A DNA stretch of 64,000 bases from an uncultured Gammaproteobacteria bacterium (GTDB lineage: Bacteria > Pseudomonadota > Gammaproteobacteria > Xanthomonadales > Rhodanobacteraceae): the NCBI GenBank assembly GCA_963821885.1, contig CAWGFN010000004.1, positions 43,485 through 107,484 of the forward strand, read 5' to 3'. Position 1 is the stretch's first letter, and the number at the start of each line of letters is the position of its first letter. The notes under the pieces are model-generated. The model worked only from the letters and a program-made list of their open reading frames with translations, was not told where the DNA came from and searched no databases. A program made the translations under genes and the position numbers. Of this stretch, positions 9,114 to 21,300 are shown one piece after another.

Positions 9114-10891
9114 ATGCCGAGATATCTTCTTGCAGTCGCTGCCTGCGTGGTCATCGCGGCGATGCCGGTCGCGCGGGCCGGCACGCCACCCCAGGACAAG
9201 GGATCGATTCCCGCATCGGCGCTGGACGCCACCGCGCCACCGACCACGCGCGCCCAGCTGGCCGCCGCCCGCCCCGTGCAGGCGCGTCACGCGATGGTGG
9301 TCACCGCGCAGCACCTGGCCACGCAAGGTCGGCGTGGACATCCTGCGCAAGGGCGGCAACGCCATCGACGCCGCGGTCGCCGTCGGCTACGCGCTGGCCG
9401 TGGTGCATCCGTGCTGCGGCAACATCGGCGGCGGTGGCTTCATGGTCGTGCACCTGGCCGGCGGCAAGACGGTGTTCCTCGATTTCCGCGAAAAGGCCCC
9501 GCTGAAGGCCACGCCGACGATGTTCCAGGATGCCGAGGGCAACGTGGTCAAGGGCCGCAGCACCCATACCTATCTCGGCGTCGGCGTGCCGGGCACCGTG
9601 ATGGGCATGGACGAAGCGCTGAAAACGTACGGCACGATGTCGCTCAAACAGGTCATGGCGCCGGCCATCGCGCTGGCCCGCAAGGGCTTCGTGCTGCAGC
9701 AGGGCGACGTCAACATCCTGCACGAGCGCAGCAAGGATTTCGCCGCCCACCCCAACGTCGCGTCGACCTTCCTCAACCACGGCAAGCCCTACCAGGTCGG
9801 CGACCGCCTGGTGCAGCCCGAACTGGCGCACACGCTCGAGCTGATCGCCGACAAGGGCACGCGCGTGTTCTACAGGGGCGCCATCGCCCGCGCCGTGGTC
9901 AAGGCCAGCGACGCCAACGGCGGCCTGCTGAGCATGCGCGACTTCGCCGACTACACCGTCAAATGGAACAAGCCCGTCGACTGCGAGTACCGCGGCTACA
10001 CCATCATGTCCTCGCCGCCACCCAGCTCCGGCGGCACGACCATCTGCCAGATCCTCCAGATCATCAAGCCCTACCCCTTCGCCAAGTGGGGCTACGGGTC
10101 GGTCAAGACCATCCACTACCTGGTCGAGGCCGAGCGCCGCGCCTTCGCCGACCGCAACACCTACCTCGGCGACCCGGCCTTCGTGCGCAATCCGATCGAC
10201 ACCCTGCTCTCGCCCGCGCACGTGGCCCGCATGCGCGCCGGCATCCAGGCCGATCGCGCGACACCGTCCAGCGAGATCCACGGCAGCCTCGGCGCCGCCG
10301 AGGGCCGGCACACCACGCATTACTCGGTGGTCGACGCCAAGGGCAACGCGGTCAGCGTCACCTACACCATCAACTATCTGTTCGGCGTGGGCCGGATCGC
10401 CGGCGACACCGGCTTCTTCCTCAACAACGAGATGGACGACTTCACCTCCAAGCCCGGCGTGCCCAATTCGTTCGGCCTGGTGCAGGGCAGGATCAACCAG
10501 ATCGAGCCCGGCAAGCGCCCGCTGAGCTCGATGTCGCCGACCATCGTGCTGCGCAAGGGCAAGCTGTTCATGGTCACCGGCAGCCCGGGGGGCTCGACCA
10601 TCATCTCGACCACGCTGGAAAGCATCCTCAACGTCGTCGACTTCGGCATGAACATGCAGCAGGCTGTGGATGCCCCGCGCGTGCACAACCAGTGGTATCC
10701 GGACGTGGTCTTCAACGAGCCGGGACTGATGACGCCCAAGGTCCAGTCCACGCTGGAGAAGATGGGCTACAAGTTCAAGACCGTGAAGTCCTGGGGCGCC
10801 GACGAGGCCATCCTGGTGCAACCCGAAGACCAGGCTCCTGGAAGGCGCCAACGACCGCCGTCGACCCGCGGGCCTCGCCGCCGGCTACTGA
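9114..10891 (+). pseudogene. ggt: Gamma-glutamyltranspeptidase, interrupted by two frameshifts (~9327 and ~10831)
   Basis: The signal peptide and N-terminus (..HAMVVTAQHLATQ) are in the frame of ORF 9114. The body (VGVDILRKGGNAIDAAVAVGYALAV...TTHYSVVD...) is in the frame of ORF 8896. The conserved tail RLLEGANDRRRPAGLAAGY* is in the third frame and ends at 10891. Confidence 0.85.
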
Positions 10892-11138
10892 GTCCCCCGC
10901 CCCCGGGGGAGCACCGGTCGCCCTGCCTGACAGCGGTCACGCCCGCCGCGGCAACCCAATTAACGCCTACGAACGATTGCGCGCCTACGCACAACCGTGT
11001 ATGAACGGGTCCAGGCGTCTCACCTTGAATTGACGCCCGCCGGTTCAGCAGGGAAAGACCGGCACGTGCCCGCCGCAAGGGGCGCACGCTGGAGGTCGCG
11101 GAGGAAGCGATGCAGCCGGTCAGCAGGAGCGAGAAGGG

Positions 11139-14100
11139 ATGCTGAGGCCCAGGGAATCGGCAGCCGCCATGCTGGTGGTTCTGGCGCTGCTTCTCGTGCC
11201 GTGCTCCATGACGGCACATGCGGCTCCGAAGACGTTGCGCGTGGTCGCCGCCGACAATTACCCCCCATACCTGTTCATCGGCCCCGACGGCAAGACCGAA
11301 GGCTACCGCGCGGACCTGTGGAAGCTGTGGTCGCAGAAGACCGGCATCGACGTGCAACTGGAGCCGATGCAGTGGGCACGCGCCCAGTCCCGGATGCGCA
11401 ACGGCCAGGCGGACGTGATCGACATGATCTTCCGCACGCCCACGCGCGACCAGCTGTACGCGTTTTCCGCTGCCTACGCCACGCAGAATGTCGGCATCTA
11501 CGTCGACCACTCGATCCAGGGCATCCATGACGCCGATTCGCTGCGCGGATTCAAGATCGGCGTCCAGCTCGGCGACGCCTGCATCGACCAGTTGGCCAGC
11601 AAGGGCATCGCCCCCCGCGACATGGTCACCTACCCCGATTACACCAGCATGTTCGCCGCCGCCAAGACCGGCGACGTCAAGATCTTCTGCATGGATGACG
11701 ATCCGGCCAGCTACTACCTCTACCTGTACCGCGACCAGCTGGCGTTCGCCCACGCGTTCACCCTGTACCAGGGCCACTTCCACTGGGCCGTGGACCACGG
11801 CGACCAGGCCACCTACGACCTGGTCGCGCGGGGCATGGCGCGCATCACGCCCGAGGAACGGGCGGCGCTGAAGCGCAAGTGGCTCACCAAGCCCGTCCAC
11901 TATTACGCCTACGCCCGCAACATCCTGCTGGTGGTGCTGGCCGCACTGGGCGTGTTGATCCTGGCCCTGGCCTGGATCTGGATCCTGCGCCGGGCCGTGC
12001 GCAGGCGCACCATGGAAATCCAGGAGAAGAACGCCCTGCTCCTGGATCAGTCGCAAAAGCTCGAGAATGACCAATCCAGGATGCGCACGCTGTTCGAACA
12101 AAGTCCGGATGCGATGTGGATGAAGGACAACCATGGCGTCTACATCGAATGCAATGCACGTGCCTGCGAGCTCCTCGGCCGTCCACGGGAAGCCATCATC
12201 GGCACCAGCGACGACAGCCTGCAGGTACCCACCGATCTCATGAAGAGAGTGTCCAGATTCGATGCTCGCATCCGCCGCACTGGAAAGATGCAGAGCGAGG
12301 AATTCCCGTTCACCGATGCCCAGGGCAAGGCACGCACCATGGAGCTTGCCAAGGTTCCGATCCATGGTCCCGACGGCCAGATCAACGGCCTGCTGGGCGT
12401 GGCCAGGGACATCACGGCGCGACGCCGGGCCGAACGCGAGCTGCGCATCGCCGCCGTGGCCTTCGACAGCCAGGACGGCATTGCGATCTGCCGCGCCGAC
12501 GGGTCGATCGAACGCGTCAATGAGGCCTTTACCGCGCTCACCGGCTTTTCCGCGCAGGAGGCCGCGCATTTCACGCTGATGCAGCTGGTCGGCTCGAGCC
12601 TGAACAACGAGGACGTCAACCTGCAGGTCGACTTGAGCATCCAGGACGGCATGACCTGGAGCGGCAAGGTCTGGATCAGTCCGCGCCAGGGCGTGCTGCG
12701 CTTCGTGCGCCTCACCGCATCGGGTGTACGCGACGACGCGGGCGCCCTGCTCTACATCGTCTACACCCTGCACGACCTGACCGCCGAGACCGAAGCCCGG
12801 GCGCGGATCGAACACCTGGAAAAGTACGACCATCTGACCGAACTACCCAACCGGTCCCTGCTGGAAGAACACATCCGCGAGGTCAATAACCAGGTCAGCG
12901 CCTCCAGCATCGATGATCTGTGCCTGGGTACGCTCCTGTTGATCGGCCTGGACAACTTCGCCACGCCGAACACCACCCATGGCCACCGGATCGGCGACCG
13001 CATCCTGCAGCAATCGGCGCAACGCATGCTGCGACTGAAACCGGCAGACAGCACGCTGGCCCGTTTCAGCGGCGACGTGTTCGCCCTGCTCATTCCCTGC
13101 TGCGCGCAAACGCGAAGCGAGAAAGCCGAGGACGCCATGCGGCTGGCACGAACGCTGTGCGAGACGCTGGCCAAGCCCTATGCGTTCCCCCGGATCGGCG
13201 AGGTGGTCTGCACCGCCAGTATCGGCGTGAGCCTGATCTGCGCGCCGGTGCACTCGGCCGACATCCTGCTGGGCCAGGCGGAACTGGCGATGTACCAGGT
13301 CAAGCACAACGGCAAGAATGCCGCGCAGCTTTTTGAACCCAGGATGCAGCGTGACCTGGAGGCGCGCCAGAGCTTGGCCAGGGAACTGCGCACGGCCGTG
13401 ACATCGAACCAGTTCGTGCTGCATTTCCAGCCGCAGGTGGACACCGAGGGCCGGATCGTCGGCGCCGAGGCGCTGCTGCGCTGGAACCACCCCGAACATG
13501 GCTTGCTGGCGCCTTCGACATTCATCGACGAGGCCGAGTCCTCGGGCCTGATCGAGCCGATCGGTCGGCTCGTGCTGCAACAGGCCTGCCTGCACCTGGC
13601 CGCCTGGCATGCCGTCCCCGAGCTTCGCGATCTGATACTTGCGGTCAACGTCAGTCCACGCCAATTCCGTCAGGCCGATTTCGTCGAAAGCGTGGCCGGC
13701 ATCGTGACGAGTTTCGGCGTGGACGTGCGGCAACTCAAGCTGGAAATCACCGAGCACTCGGCGATGGAGGACATCGACGACGCCGCGGCCAAGCTTCACG
13801 CGCTGCAGGACCTTGGCGTGAAGGTGTCCCTGGACGATTTCGGCACCGGAAGCTCCTCGCTGGCCTACCTGACACGGCTGCCGCTGGACCAGCTCAAGAT
13901 CGACAAGTCCTTCGTGCAGAGGCTTCCCGATGCCCGCAACGATGCCCATCTGGCCCGCAGCATCCTCGGCATGGCGCGCGGCATGGGGCTGGAAGTGGTC
14001 GCCGAGGGCGTGGAAACGCAGGCACAGTTCGCCTTCCTGCGCGACCACGGCTGTCAGCTGTTCCAGGGCTATCTGTTCGGCAAGCCGCTGCCGCTGGCTG

Positions 14101-14153
14101 CATTCGAGACGCTGCTGCATCAGCCCCTCAAGCTGAGCGAGACGCCGCACTGA
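11139..14153 (+). CDS. Sensor protein: periplasmic solute-binding (SBP_bac_3-like) domain, TM, 2 PAS, degenerate GGDEF (SGDVF), EAL
   Basis: 1004 aa. It has a signal/TM, an ABC-type amino-acid-binding-like N-domain, PAS repeats, then EALLRW and DDFGTGSSS. Confidence 0.85.
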   Translation: MLRPRESAAAMLVVLALLLVPCSMTAHAAPKTLRVVAADNYPPYLFIGPDGKTEGYRADLWKLWSQKTGIDVQLEPMQWARAQSRMRNGQADVIDMIFRTPTRDQLYAFSAAYATQNVGIYVDHSIQGIHDADSLRGFKIGVQLGDACIDQLASKGIAPRDMVTYPDYTSMFAAAKTGDVKIFCMDDDPASYYLYLYRDQLAFAHAFTLYQGHFHWAVDHGDQATYDLVARGMARITPEERAALKRKWLTKPVHYYAYARNILLVVLAALGVLILALAWIWILRRAVRRRTMEIQEKNALLLDQSQKLENDQSRMRTLFEQSPDAMWMKDNHGVYIECNARACELLGRPREAIIGTSDDSLQVPTDLMKRVSRFDARIRRTGKMQSEEFPFTDAQGKARTMELAKVPIHGPDGQINGLLGVARDITARRRAERELRIAAVAFDSQDGIAICRADGSIERVNEAFTALTGFSAQEAAHFTLMQLVGSSLNNEDVNLQVDLSIQDGMTWSGKVWISPRQGVLRFVRLTASGVRDDAGALLYIVYTLHDLTAETEARARIEHLEKYDHLTELPNRSLLEEHIREVNNQVSASSIDDLCLGTLLLIGLDNFATPNTTHGHRIGDRILQQSAQRMLRLKPADSTLARFSGDVFALLIPCCAQTRSEKAEDAMRLARTLCETLAKPYAFPRIGEVVCTASIGVSLICAPVHSADILLGQAELAMYQVKHNGKNAAQLFEPRMQRDLEARQSLARELRTAVTSNQFVLHFQPQVDTEGRIVGAEALLRWNHPEHGLLAPSTFIDEAESSGLIEPIGRLVLQQACLHLAAWHAVPELRDLILAVNVSPRQFRQADFVESVAGIVTSFGVDVRQLKLEITEHSAMEDIDDAAAKLHALQDLGVKVSLDDFGTGSSSLAYLTRLPLDQLKIDKSFVQRLPDARNDAHLARSILGMARGMGLEVVAEGVETQAQFAFLRDHGCQLFQGYLFGKPLPLAAFETLLHQPLKLSETPH

Positions 14154-14502
14154 CGGCCTGATGGCGCTCGACCCTCACCCAGGCGAGGACGGTTCGCCCC
14201 CTTGCCATGGCCTGCCATCAGAACCAGACATGCCAGGCACACGCTTCCTTGTCATGCTGCAGACCGCCCAGCTTGTGCCGTTCGCGACGCAGGCCCCGAA
14301 TCGGGTCATCGCCATCGTGGACCATGCACGGATACTGCTGCGGCGCACCCATGAGAGCGACTTCGAGAAGACGCACCCGCCGGGGTTGCCTCGCGCCACG
14401 GCCGCGCCCCCGGCGGGCGTCGTCCGGCAGGAACTTCCGCCGGGCGCTAGACTCCCAATGCATGAAGCGCGCGCCTTGCGCGCACGTCCCACGGATCCGC
14501 CC

Positions 14503-14943
14503 ATGCTCGCCACGCCAATGAAGGCCGCTTGTCTCGCGCTGCTGGTCTGCGCGCCCGCGCTGGCGCAGTCGACCCGGCACAAACCGCTCAACCTGGAACT
14601 GCCGCCCCAGGACATCCCGGCCACGGCCTCCAGCGCCCATGGCAAGGCCAGCGCGACGCCCGTGAACCCGGCCGCGCAGCCGGGCGTGTACTACGGCGAT
14701 ACCAGCGGCCGCCCGCCGCGCCGCCATCTGTCGACCTGCGACGATGCCACCTACAACCAGGCCCAGGTCCACGGCAGCGTGGGCGCCGGGGTGGCCGCCG
14801 GCAATCACGTCAGCGGCAGCTACCGGTACGGCACGGCCAACCTCAGCAAGGCCTTCGGCAGCTGCGCGCATCCGACCGGCAGCATCCACCTGAGCGTCGG
14901 CGTCGGCACGAGCACGATGAACGGCCCCAGGCCGCACCATTAA
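14503..14943 (+). CDS. Hypothetical small exported protein
   Basis: MLATPMKAACLALLVCAPALAQ signal peptide inside ORF 14161..14943. The start is uncertain (14503 or 14518). Confidence 0.45.
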   Translation: MLATPMKAACLALLVCAPALAQSTRHKPLNLELPPQDIPATASSAHGKASATPVNPAAQPGVYYGDTSGRPPRRHLSTCDDATYNQAQVHGSVGAGVAAGNHVSGSYRYGTANLSKAFGSCAHPTGSIHLSVGVGTSTMNGPRPHH

Positions 14944-15015
14944 TTATTTTAAATACAGTTACTTGTCGTATTTTCTTGATGCTGGGTCGCGACGGCGATC
15001 CGTGGCCCCGGGGTT

Positions 15016-15891
15016 TCAGCGCAGGCTGCCGCAAGCGTCGGGCAGGTCCTTGCCGGGGATGTCCATGCTCATGCAGTGCCACCTCACCGGCCTGCCGTGC
15101 AGCGCCACCGGCACCAGCATCAGCGTCCGACCGCGCAGCGGTTCGGCGGCATCGGTGTCGTCGAAGGTCATGATGATGACCCCCTTGAGAATACGCACGC
15201 CGCTCAGGTGCGGGATGTGCATGTCCGCGGGCAGGCCGGCTTCCTCGCTGTCCTTCGGCAAGCGGTGCTGGTCGCGCTGGAACGACGCGACGGCACGCTT
15301 GGGCGTACCCATCGATGCCAGTACCTGACTGACCTGCCCCTGCACGTCCTCGCTGTGCCGGAACGACATGGACAGCCACGCCACCGTCGCGACCACGACC
15401 AGGGCCACGCCCCCCCAGAACAGGCCGCCCCTGAACTTGCCGGGCGTACGAGGCGGCGGCACTTCCTTCACCCCCGCGGTGCGCAGTGCGCGCTCGCGCA
15501 CGCTGGTATCGCCGTCATCGGGCCGGGTGAGCAGATCCTTGAACATGACCAGCAGGAAGAAGACCAGCGTCAGCGTGAACACGCTGCCCGCCACCACGAT
15601 CAACCAGAACCCGATGGGACTGCTGTCGTGGTTGAAGCACAGCAAACGCATCGAGTAGAGGGTTTGGGTGCAGGCCACGCCGCGGAGTCCATGGGCCACG
15701 GTCGAGGCGAAACTGGCGATGAAGTACATCTCGCCGCCCAGCAGCATCAGGAACACGGCGAGCCTGCGCAGCCTGCGGCGTTCGGGCGCCCACAGGGCCC
15801 ACAGCGACCACAAAAGCACGCCAAGGCTGGCCACGCCCACGACGACCAAGAAGAAACCGTTGGAAGAAAGAATGTCGAGCAGTGACCTCAT
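15016..15891 (-). CDS. Polytopic membrane protein whose C-terminal domain resembles a type IV pilin globular head (tentative)
   Basis: 291 aa. There are about 4 N-terminal hydrophobic helices and then a fifth helix. The tail ...GVIIMTFDDTDAAEPLRGRTLMLVPVALHGRPVRWHCMSMDIPGKDLPDACGSLR looks like a pilin C-terminus with a Cys pair. No prepilin leader is present. Confidence 0.55.
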   Translation of the reverse strand: MRSLLDILSSNGFFLVVVGVASLGVLLWSLWALWAPERRRLRRLAVFLMLLGGEMYFIASFASTVAHGLRGVACTQTLYSMRLLCFNHDSSPIGFWLIVVAGSVFTLTLVFFLLVMFKDLLTRPDDGDTSVRERALRTAGVKEVPPPRTPGKFRGGLFWGGVALVVVATVAWLSMSFRHSEDVQGQVSQVLASMGTPKRAVASFQRDQHRLPKDSEEAGLPADMHIPHLSGVRILKGVIIMTFDDTDAAEPLRGRTLMLVPVALHGRPVRWHCMSMDIPGKDLPDACGSLR

Positions 15892-15973
15892 GGCGGAACG
15901 TCCTTGGTCTCGCGTCGTGCTTCCGGGGCACGCGTCCCGATCGCCGCGGCGGCGAATTCGCAGGCATCACATC

Positions 15974-16540
15974 TTACATGCCACTCGATGCGTCATCGAC
16001 TGCGCGCGGCGCGGAGAAAGCCTTGCTGTACATGCCCGAGCGGTCGAAACAGCACACCCGGCGCTTGCCCGAGGCGAGCATGTCGCAGGCGTTGGCGATG
16101 CGCCGCACTCGGGTCTCGGGCTTCTTCGCCGAGAGGATCCAGTCGATCCAGTCACGCCGCGCGGTGGCCGTGATGGCCTTCCAGGTCGCCTTCGCCGCGG
16201 GCGCCACGGCCAACGCCTTGCGCAGGTCGACCGGCACCCGCGGCTCGGGTTCGCGCTCGCAGGGTTTCATCTCCAGCACCACCGTGTCACCGACATCCGC
16301 CTGTGCTGCCGTACGCAACGCGCGCGGCACCTTGAGCCAGTGGCTGCCGGCGCCGTCGGGCTGCACGGTGGCGGTGAAGCCGGCGCCGTTGATCGTGCCG
16401 TCAACCGAGCACGGACCGCGCGCCGGCAGCTTGGCGCTGGCCGCCGCCGGCAGCACCAGGAACGCCCAACGGGCGCCCCGCGGCTCGGCCGGACGCAGCA
16501 GCCGGGCGCGGACGCGTATCATGGATGCATCACGTGGCAT
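15974..16540 (-). CDS. DUF1905 / YdeI (bacteriocin-protection)-family protein
   Basis: The pattern ...VDGTINGAGFTATVQPDGAGSHWLKV...RRDWIDWILSAKKPETRVRRI... is typical of YdeI/OmpD-associated proteins. Confidence 0.7.
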   Translation of the reverse strand: MPRDASMIRVRARLLRPAEPRGARWAFLVLPAAASAKLPARGPCSVDGTINGAGFTATVQPDGAGSHWLKVPRALRTAAQADVGDTVVLEMKPCEREPEPRVPVDLRKALAVAPAAKATWKAITATARRDWIDWILSAKKPETRVRRIANACDMLASGKRRVCCFDRSGMYSKAFSAPRAVDDASSGM

Positions 16541-16582
16541 GAATCGCCCCTTCGCGCATATGTCGACACCCGCCTACCCTAG

Positions 16583-17620
<1,038 letters not shown>

Positions 17621-17685
17621 GGCCCGCGCCGATTCTGACGGCCATGATCCTCACCGGGCCATCGCCACCGAAGCTGGACATGAAC

Positions 17686-18330
17686 CTAGACAACATCCGC
17701 GCCAGCGCGTGACACCGCAGCGGATGCCTCAAGCGCGCAGCGCACGAGGATCCCCAACGCCTCGACCACATCGTCCAGCGGCATCGACGGGGCGTTCGCA
17801 TGGCGATGAGCCTGCGTGTCCAGCAGCGGGACGTGCACGAACCCGGCGGGCAGTGGCGGGCGCGCGCGGAGCGCGTGGCACAGCGTGTAGAACACCTGGT
17901 TGCACACATAGGTGCCGGCGCTGTGCGAGACCTCCGCCGGCAGGCCCGCGGCACGCAGCGCCGCGAGCATGGGCCGGATCGGCAGCGTGCCGAAATAGGC
18001 GGCGGGGCCGTCCGCCACCACCGGCACGTCGACGGGTTGCGCGCCGGCGTTGTCGGCGATGCGCGCATCGATGAGGTTAATGGCGACGCGTTCCAGCACG
18101 ATGCCGGCGTGCTCGCGCGACTCGCCCACGGCGATCACCGCCGCGGGCTCGACGGCGTGCAAGGCTTCGGTCAACGCCCGGGGCGCCTCGGCGAAGACCG
18201 TCGGCAGGCAGCGGGTGACGACGCGATGCCCGTCCAGCACCGCGCCCTCCAGCGAACGCACCGCCTCCCAGGCGGCATTGACCGGCTCGCCGTCGAAGGG
18301 CGCGAAGCCGGTCAGAAGGACCCTGGGCAT
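17686..18330 (-). CDS. pcp: Pyroglutamyl-peptidase I
   Basis: MPRVLLTGFAPFDGEPVNAAWEA...SHSAGTYVCNQVFY contains the catalytic Cys context. The start is taken at the internal ATG 18330. Confidence 0.88.
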   Translation of the reverse strand: MPRVLLTGFAPFDGEPVNAAWEAVRSLEGAVLDGHRVVTRCLPTVFAEAPRALTEALHAVEPAAVIAVGESREHAGIVLERVAINLIDARIADNAGAQPVDVPVVADGPAAYFGTLPIRPMLAALRAAGLPAEVSHSAGTYVCNQVFYTLCHALRARPPLPAGFVHVPLLDTQAHRHANAPSMPLDDVVEALGILVRCALEASAAVSRAGADVV

Positions 18331-18337
18331 GGCGCGA

Positions 18338-21300
18338 TCACTCTCCGTGAGCGGCCACCTCGACGGGCGGCATGCCGGCCGCCTGCAACGTGGCATTCAG
18401 CTGCGTCATCGCCTTGCCGGTCAATCCGTGCCACGTCGCCAGCGCCTGCGCGAGGCTGCGCGACAGCTCGGCGTGCGAGGCGCGCGCGTCCTGGCTGGGA
18501 TCGGCGTCGGCGCCGTCCACGGCGCGCTCCAGCGTGGCCAGCTGGCGGGTCAGCGAATACAGGCTGTCGGTACGCTTGGGCGGCGGACCGGTGTAGTTGC
18601 GCGGATCGTGGTGCAACTGCACGCCGGAAACCTCGATCAGCCGCTCGCGCAGATCCGCGGCCTGCGCACGCAGGTCCGGATGGTCACCGAGCGTGCCGAT
18701 GCGCGCATCCAGCGCATGCACCAGCGGCGCGGCCTCGCCCAGCGCCCGGGCGGCACGCACCTGCTCGGCCTCGACGGTACGCGCCAGCGCGAACTCGCGC
18801 TGGTAGGCCGCCTGGGTCATCTTCACCCGCGGGTCCGGCCTGACCGTCAGCGGCTGGCGCAGGGACCGGCCGTCGACGTTCAGCACCACCGTGTAACGAC
18901 CGGGCACCGCCCACACGCCGTCGCCGGCCGGCCGCCCCGGCTCGCCGCCCTGCGCCGGATAGCGCAGATTCCAGACGAAGCGATGCATGCCCGGCGCGGT
19001 GGCCAGGTGCGCGGGCATCCGCACCCATTCGGGCGCATAGGCCAGCTTGGCCGGATCCAGCGACGGCAGCGGGTCGGCGCTGCTGAAATGGCGCACCAGC
19101 GCACCGTGCGCGTCGCGCACGTCCAGGGTCACCGGCCCCTTCACGCCCGCCGGCAGCACGTAGTCGATGTTCGCGCCCGACGGCGGGTTGGCCGCCTTCG
19201 GCTCGTCCTTGGGCAACGGCGTGCCGGTGAAGCCGGCCGGACGCACGCGGTAGGCGATGGCGGGCTTGAACAGCGTGGCATGCGCGGTGTCGACGCCGTG
19301 CATCTGCCGCAAGGCGGTGACGTCGTCCATGATCCAGAAGCCGCGGCCATGGGTGGCGATCACCAGGTCGTTGTCGTGCACGTCGATGTCGCGCACCGAG
19401 GTCATCGGCAGGTCCTGCTGCAGCGACTGCCAGTGCGCGCCGTCGTCGAAGGACACGAACATCCCGCGCTCGGTGCCGGCATACAGCAGGCCGCGTCGCA
19501 CGGGGTCCTCGCGCACCACGTTGACGAAGGCGTTGGCCGGCAGGCCGTCGACGATGGCCGTCCAGTGCGTGCCACCGTCGACGGTGCGATAGATGTAGGG
19601 CCGGTCATCGTCCAGGCGATGACGATCGATGGCCAGGTAGGCCACGTTGGCGTCGAAGTGCGAGGGCTCGATGCCGCCGACCTTCGACCACGCCGTCAAC
19701 GCCTTCGGCGTGACGTTGCGCCAGTGCGCGCCGTCGTCGTCGCTGCGCCAGACCAGGCCGTCGTCGGTGCCCACCCACAGCGCGCCGGCGTGCAGCGGCG
19801 AGGGGGCGATGGTGTAGATCACGCCCTTGCGCTTGCCGCCATGCACGTCATCGGCCGCGGTCACCGCGTCCAGGTTGGACGGCACGCCGGGATCGGCGCG
19901 GGTCAGGTCCGGGCTGATGCGCTTCCAGTGCTCGCCGCCGTCGGTGGTCTGGAACAGCCGCTGGTTGGCGAAGTACAGCGTGCGCTTGCCGCGCTTGGAG
20001 AACGCCAGCGGCAGGGTCCAGGCGCTGCGGTAGTGCGCCGCCGGATAGGCCAGCGTGGGGTCGACGTCGCGGGTCTGTTCAGTGGTGCGGTCGAGCTTGC
20101 TGACGGTGCCGCCGTAGACGATGTCCGGATCGTCCGGATCCGGCGCGATCATGCCGCTCTCGCCGCCGGCGGTCACCTCGTGGAACTGCTCCATGGTGAT
20201 GCCATCATAGGTCGAGGTGCGGCTGGGCAGCGCCACCGCGCCCGAATCCTGCTGCGCGCCGTAGACCCAGTACGGGAACTGGTTGTCGGTGCTGACGTGG
20301 TAGATCTGCGCGGTCGGCTGGTTGTACCAGGTCGACCAGGTCTTGCCGCCGTTGAGGGTGATCAGCGCGCCCTGGTCCACGCCCAGCATCTGGTGGTCGG
20401 GGTTGGTCGGGTCGATCCACATCTGGTGGAAATCGTCGCCGGTGGGATCGCCCTTGAGCGCGATGAACTGTTTCCCGCCGTCGTCCGAGCGCAGCACGAT
20501 GGTGTTCATCACGTACACGCGGTCGGCGTTCTTCGGGTCCACCGTGATGCGGCAGAAGTACCAGCCGCGCTGCCAGATGCGCGGGTCGCCGGTGACGTGC
20601 TGCCAGTGCGCGCCGCCGTCGTCGGAGCGGTACAGGCCGCCCTCGCCGTGCAGCGCGTCGACGATGGCGTACACGCGATCGGGCTGGCTGGCCGCCACCG
20701 CGATGCCGATGCGCCCGGGATGCGCCGGAAAGCCGTGGCCCTGGACCTGCGTCCAGTGGTCGCCGCCATCATGCGAGACATACAGGCCGCTGCCCGGGCC
20801 GTTGGACGGCGGATAGACGTTCCACGGCGGGCGCCGGGTCTGCCACAGCGCGGCGTAGATGGTGTGCGGGTCGCCCGGCTTGAAGGCCAGGTCGATGGCG
20901 CCGGTGTCGGGCCCCGTGTAGAGCACCTTTTTCCAGTGCGCGCCGCCGTCGGTGGAGCGGAACACGCCGCGCTCGGCATTGGCGCCGTAGGCGTGGCCCA
21001 GCGCGGCCACGAACACGGTGTCCGGGTGCGTGGGATCGACCCGCACGCGGCCGATCTGGAAGGTGTCGTCGAGCCCGATGTGCTGCCAGCTCTGGCCGCC
21101 GTCGCCGCTGCGGTACATGCCGTGGCCGTGGGCGATGTCCGAACGCATGTCGGCCTCGCCGGTGCCCACGTAGATCACCTTGGGGTCGGACGGCGACACC
21201 GCGATGTCACCGATGGAGCCGTCCGGCTGGCCATCGAAGATCGGCTTCCAGGTGCGCCCGGCATCGTCCGTGGCCCACACGCCGCCGTCCACCGCGCCGA

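Noticed and set aside
14161-14502. Upstream part of ORF 14161..14943
   Set aside because: It has no recognisable features. A signal peptide begins at 14503/14518, so the region upstream is more likely 5' UTR or promoter.
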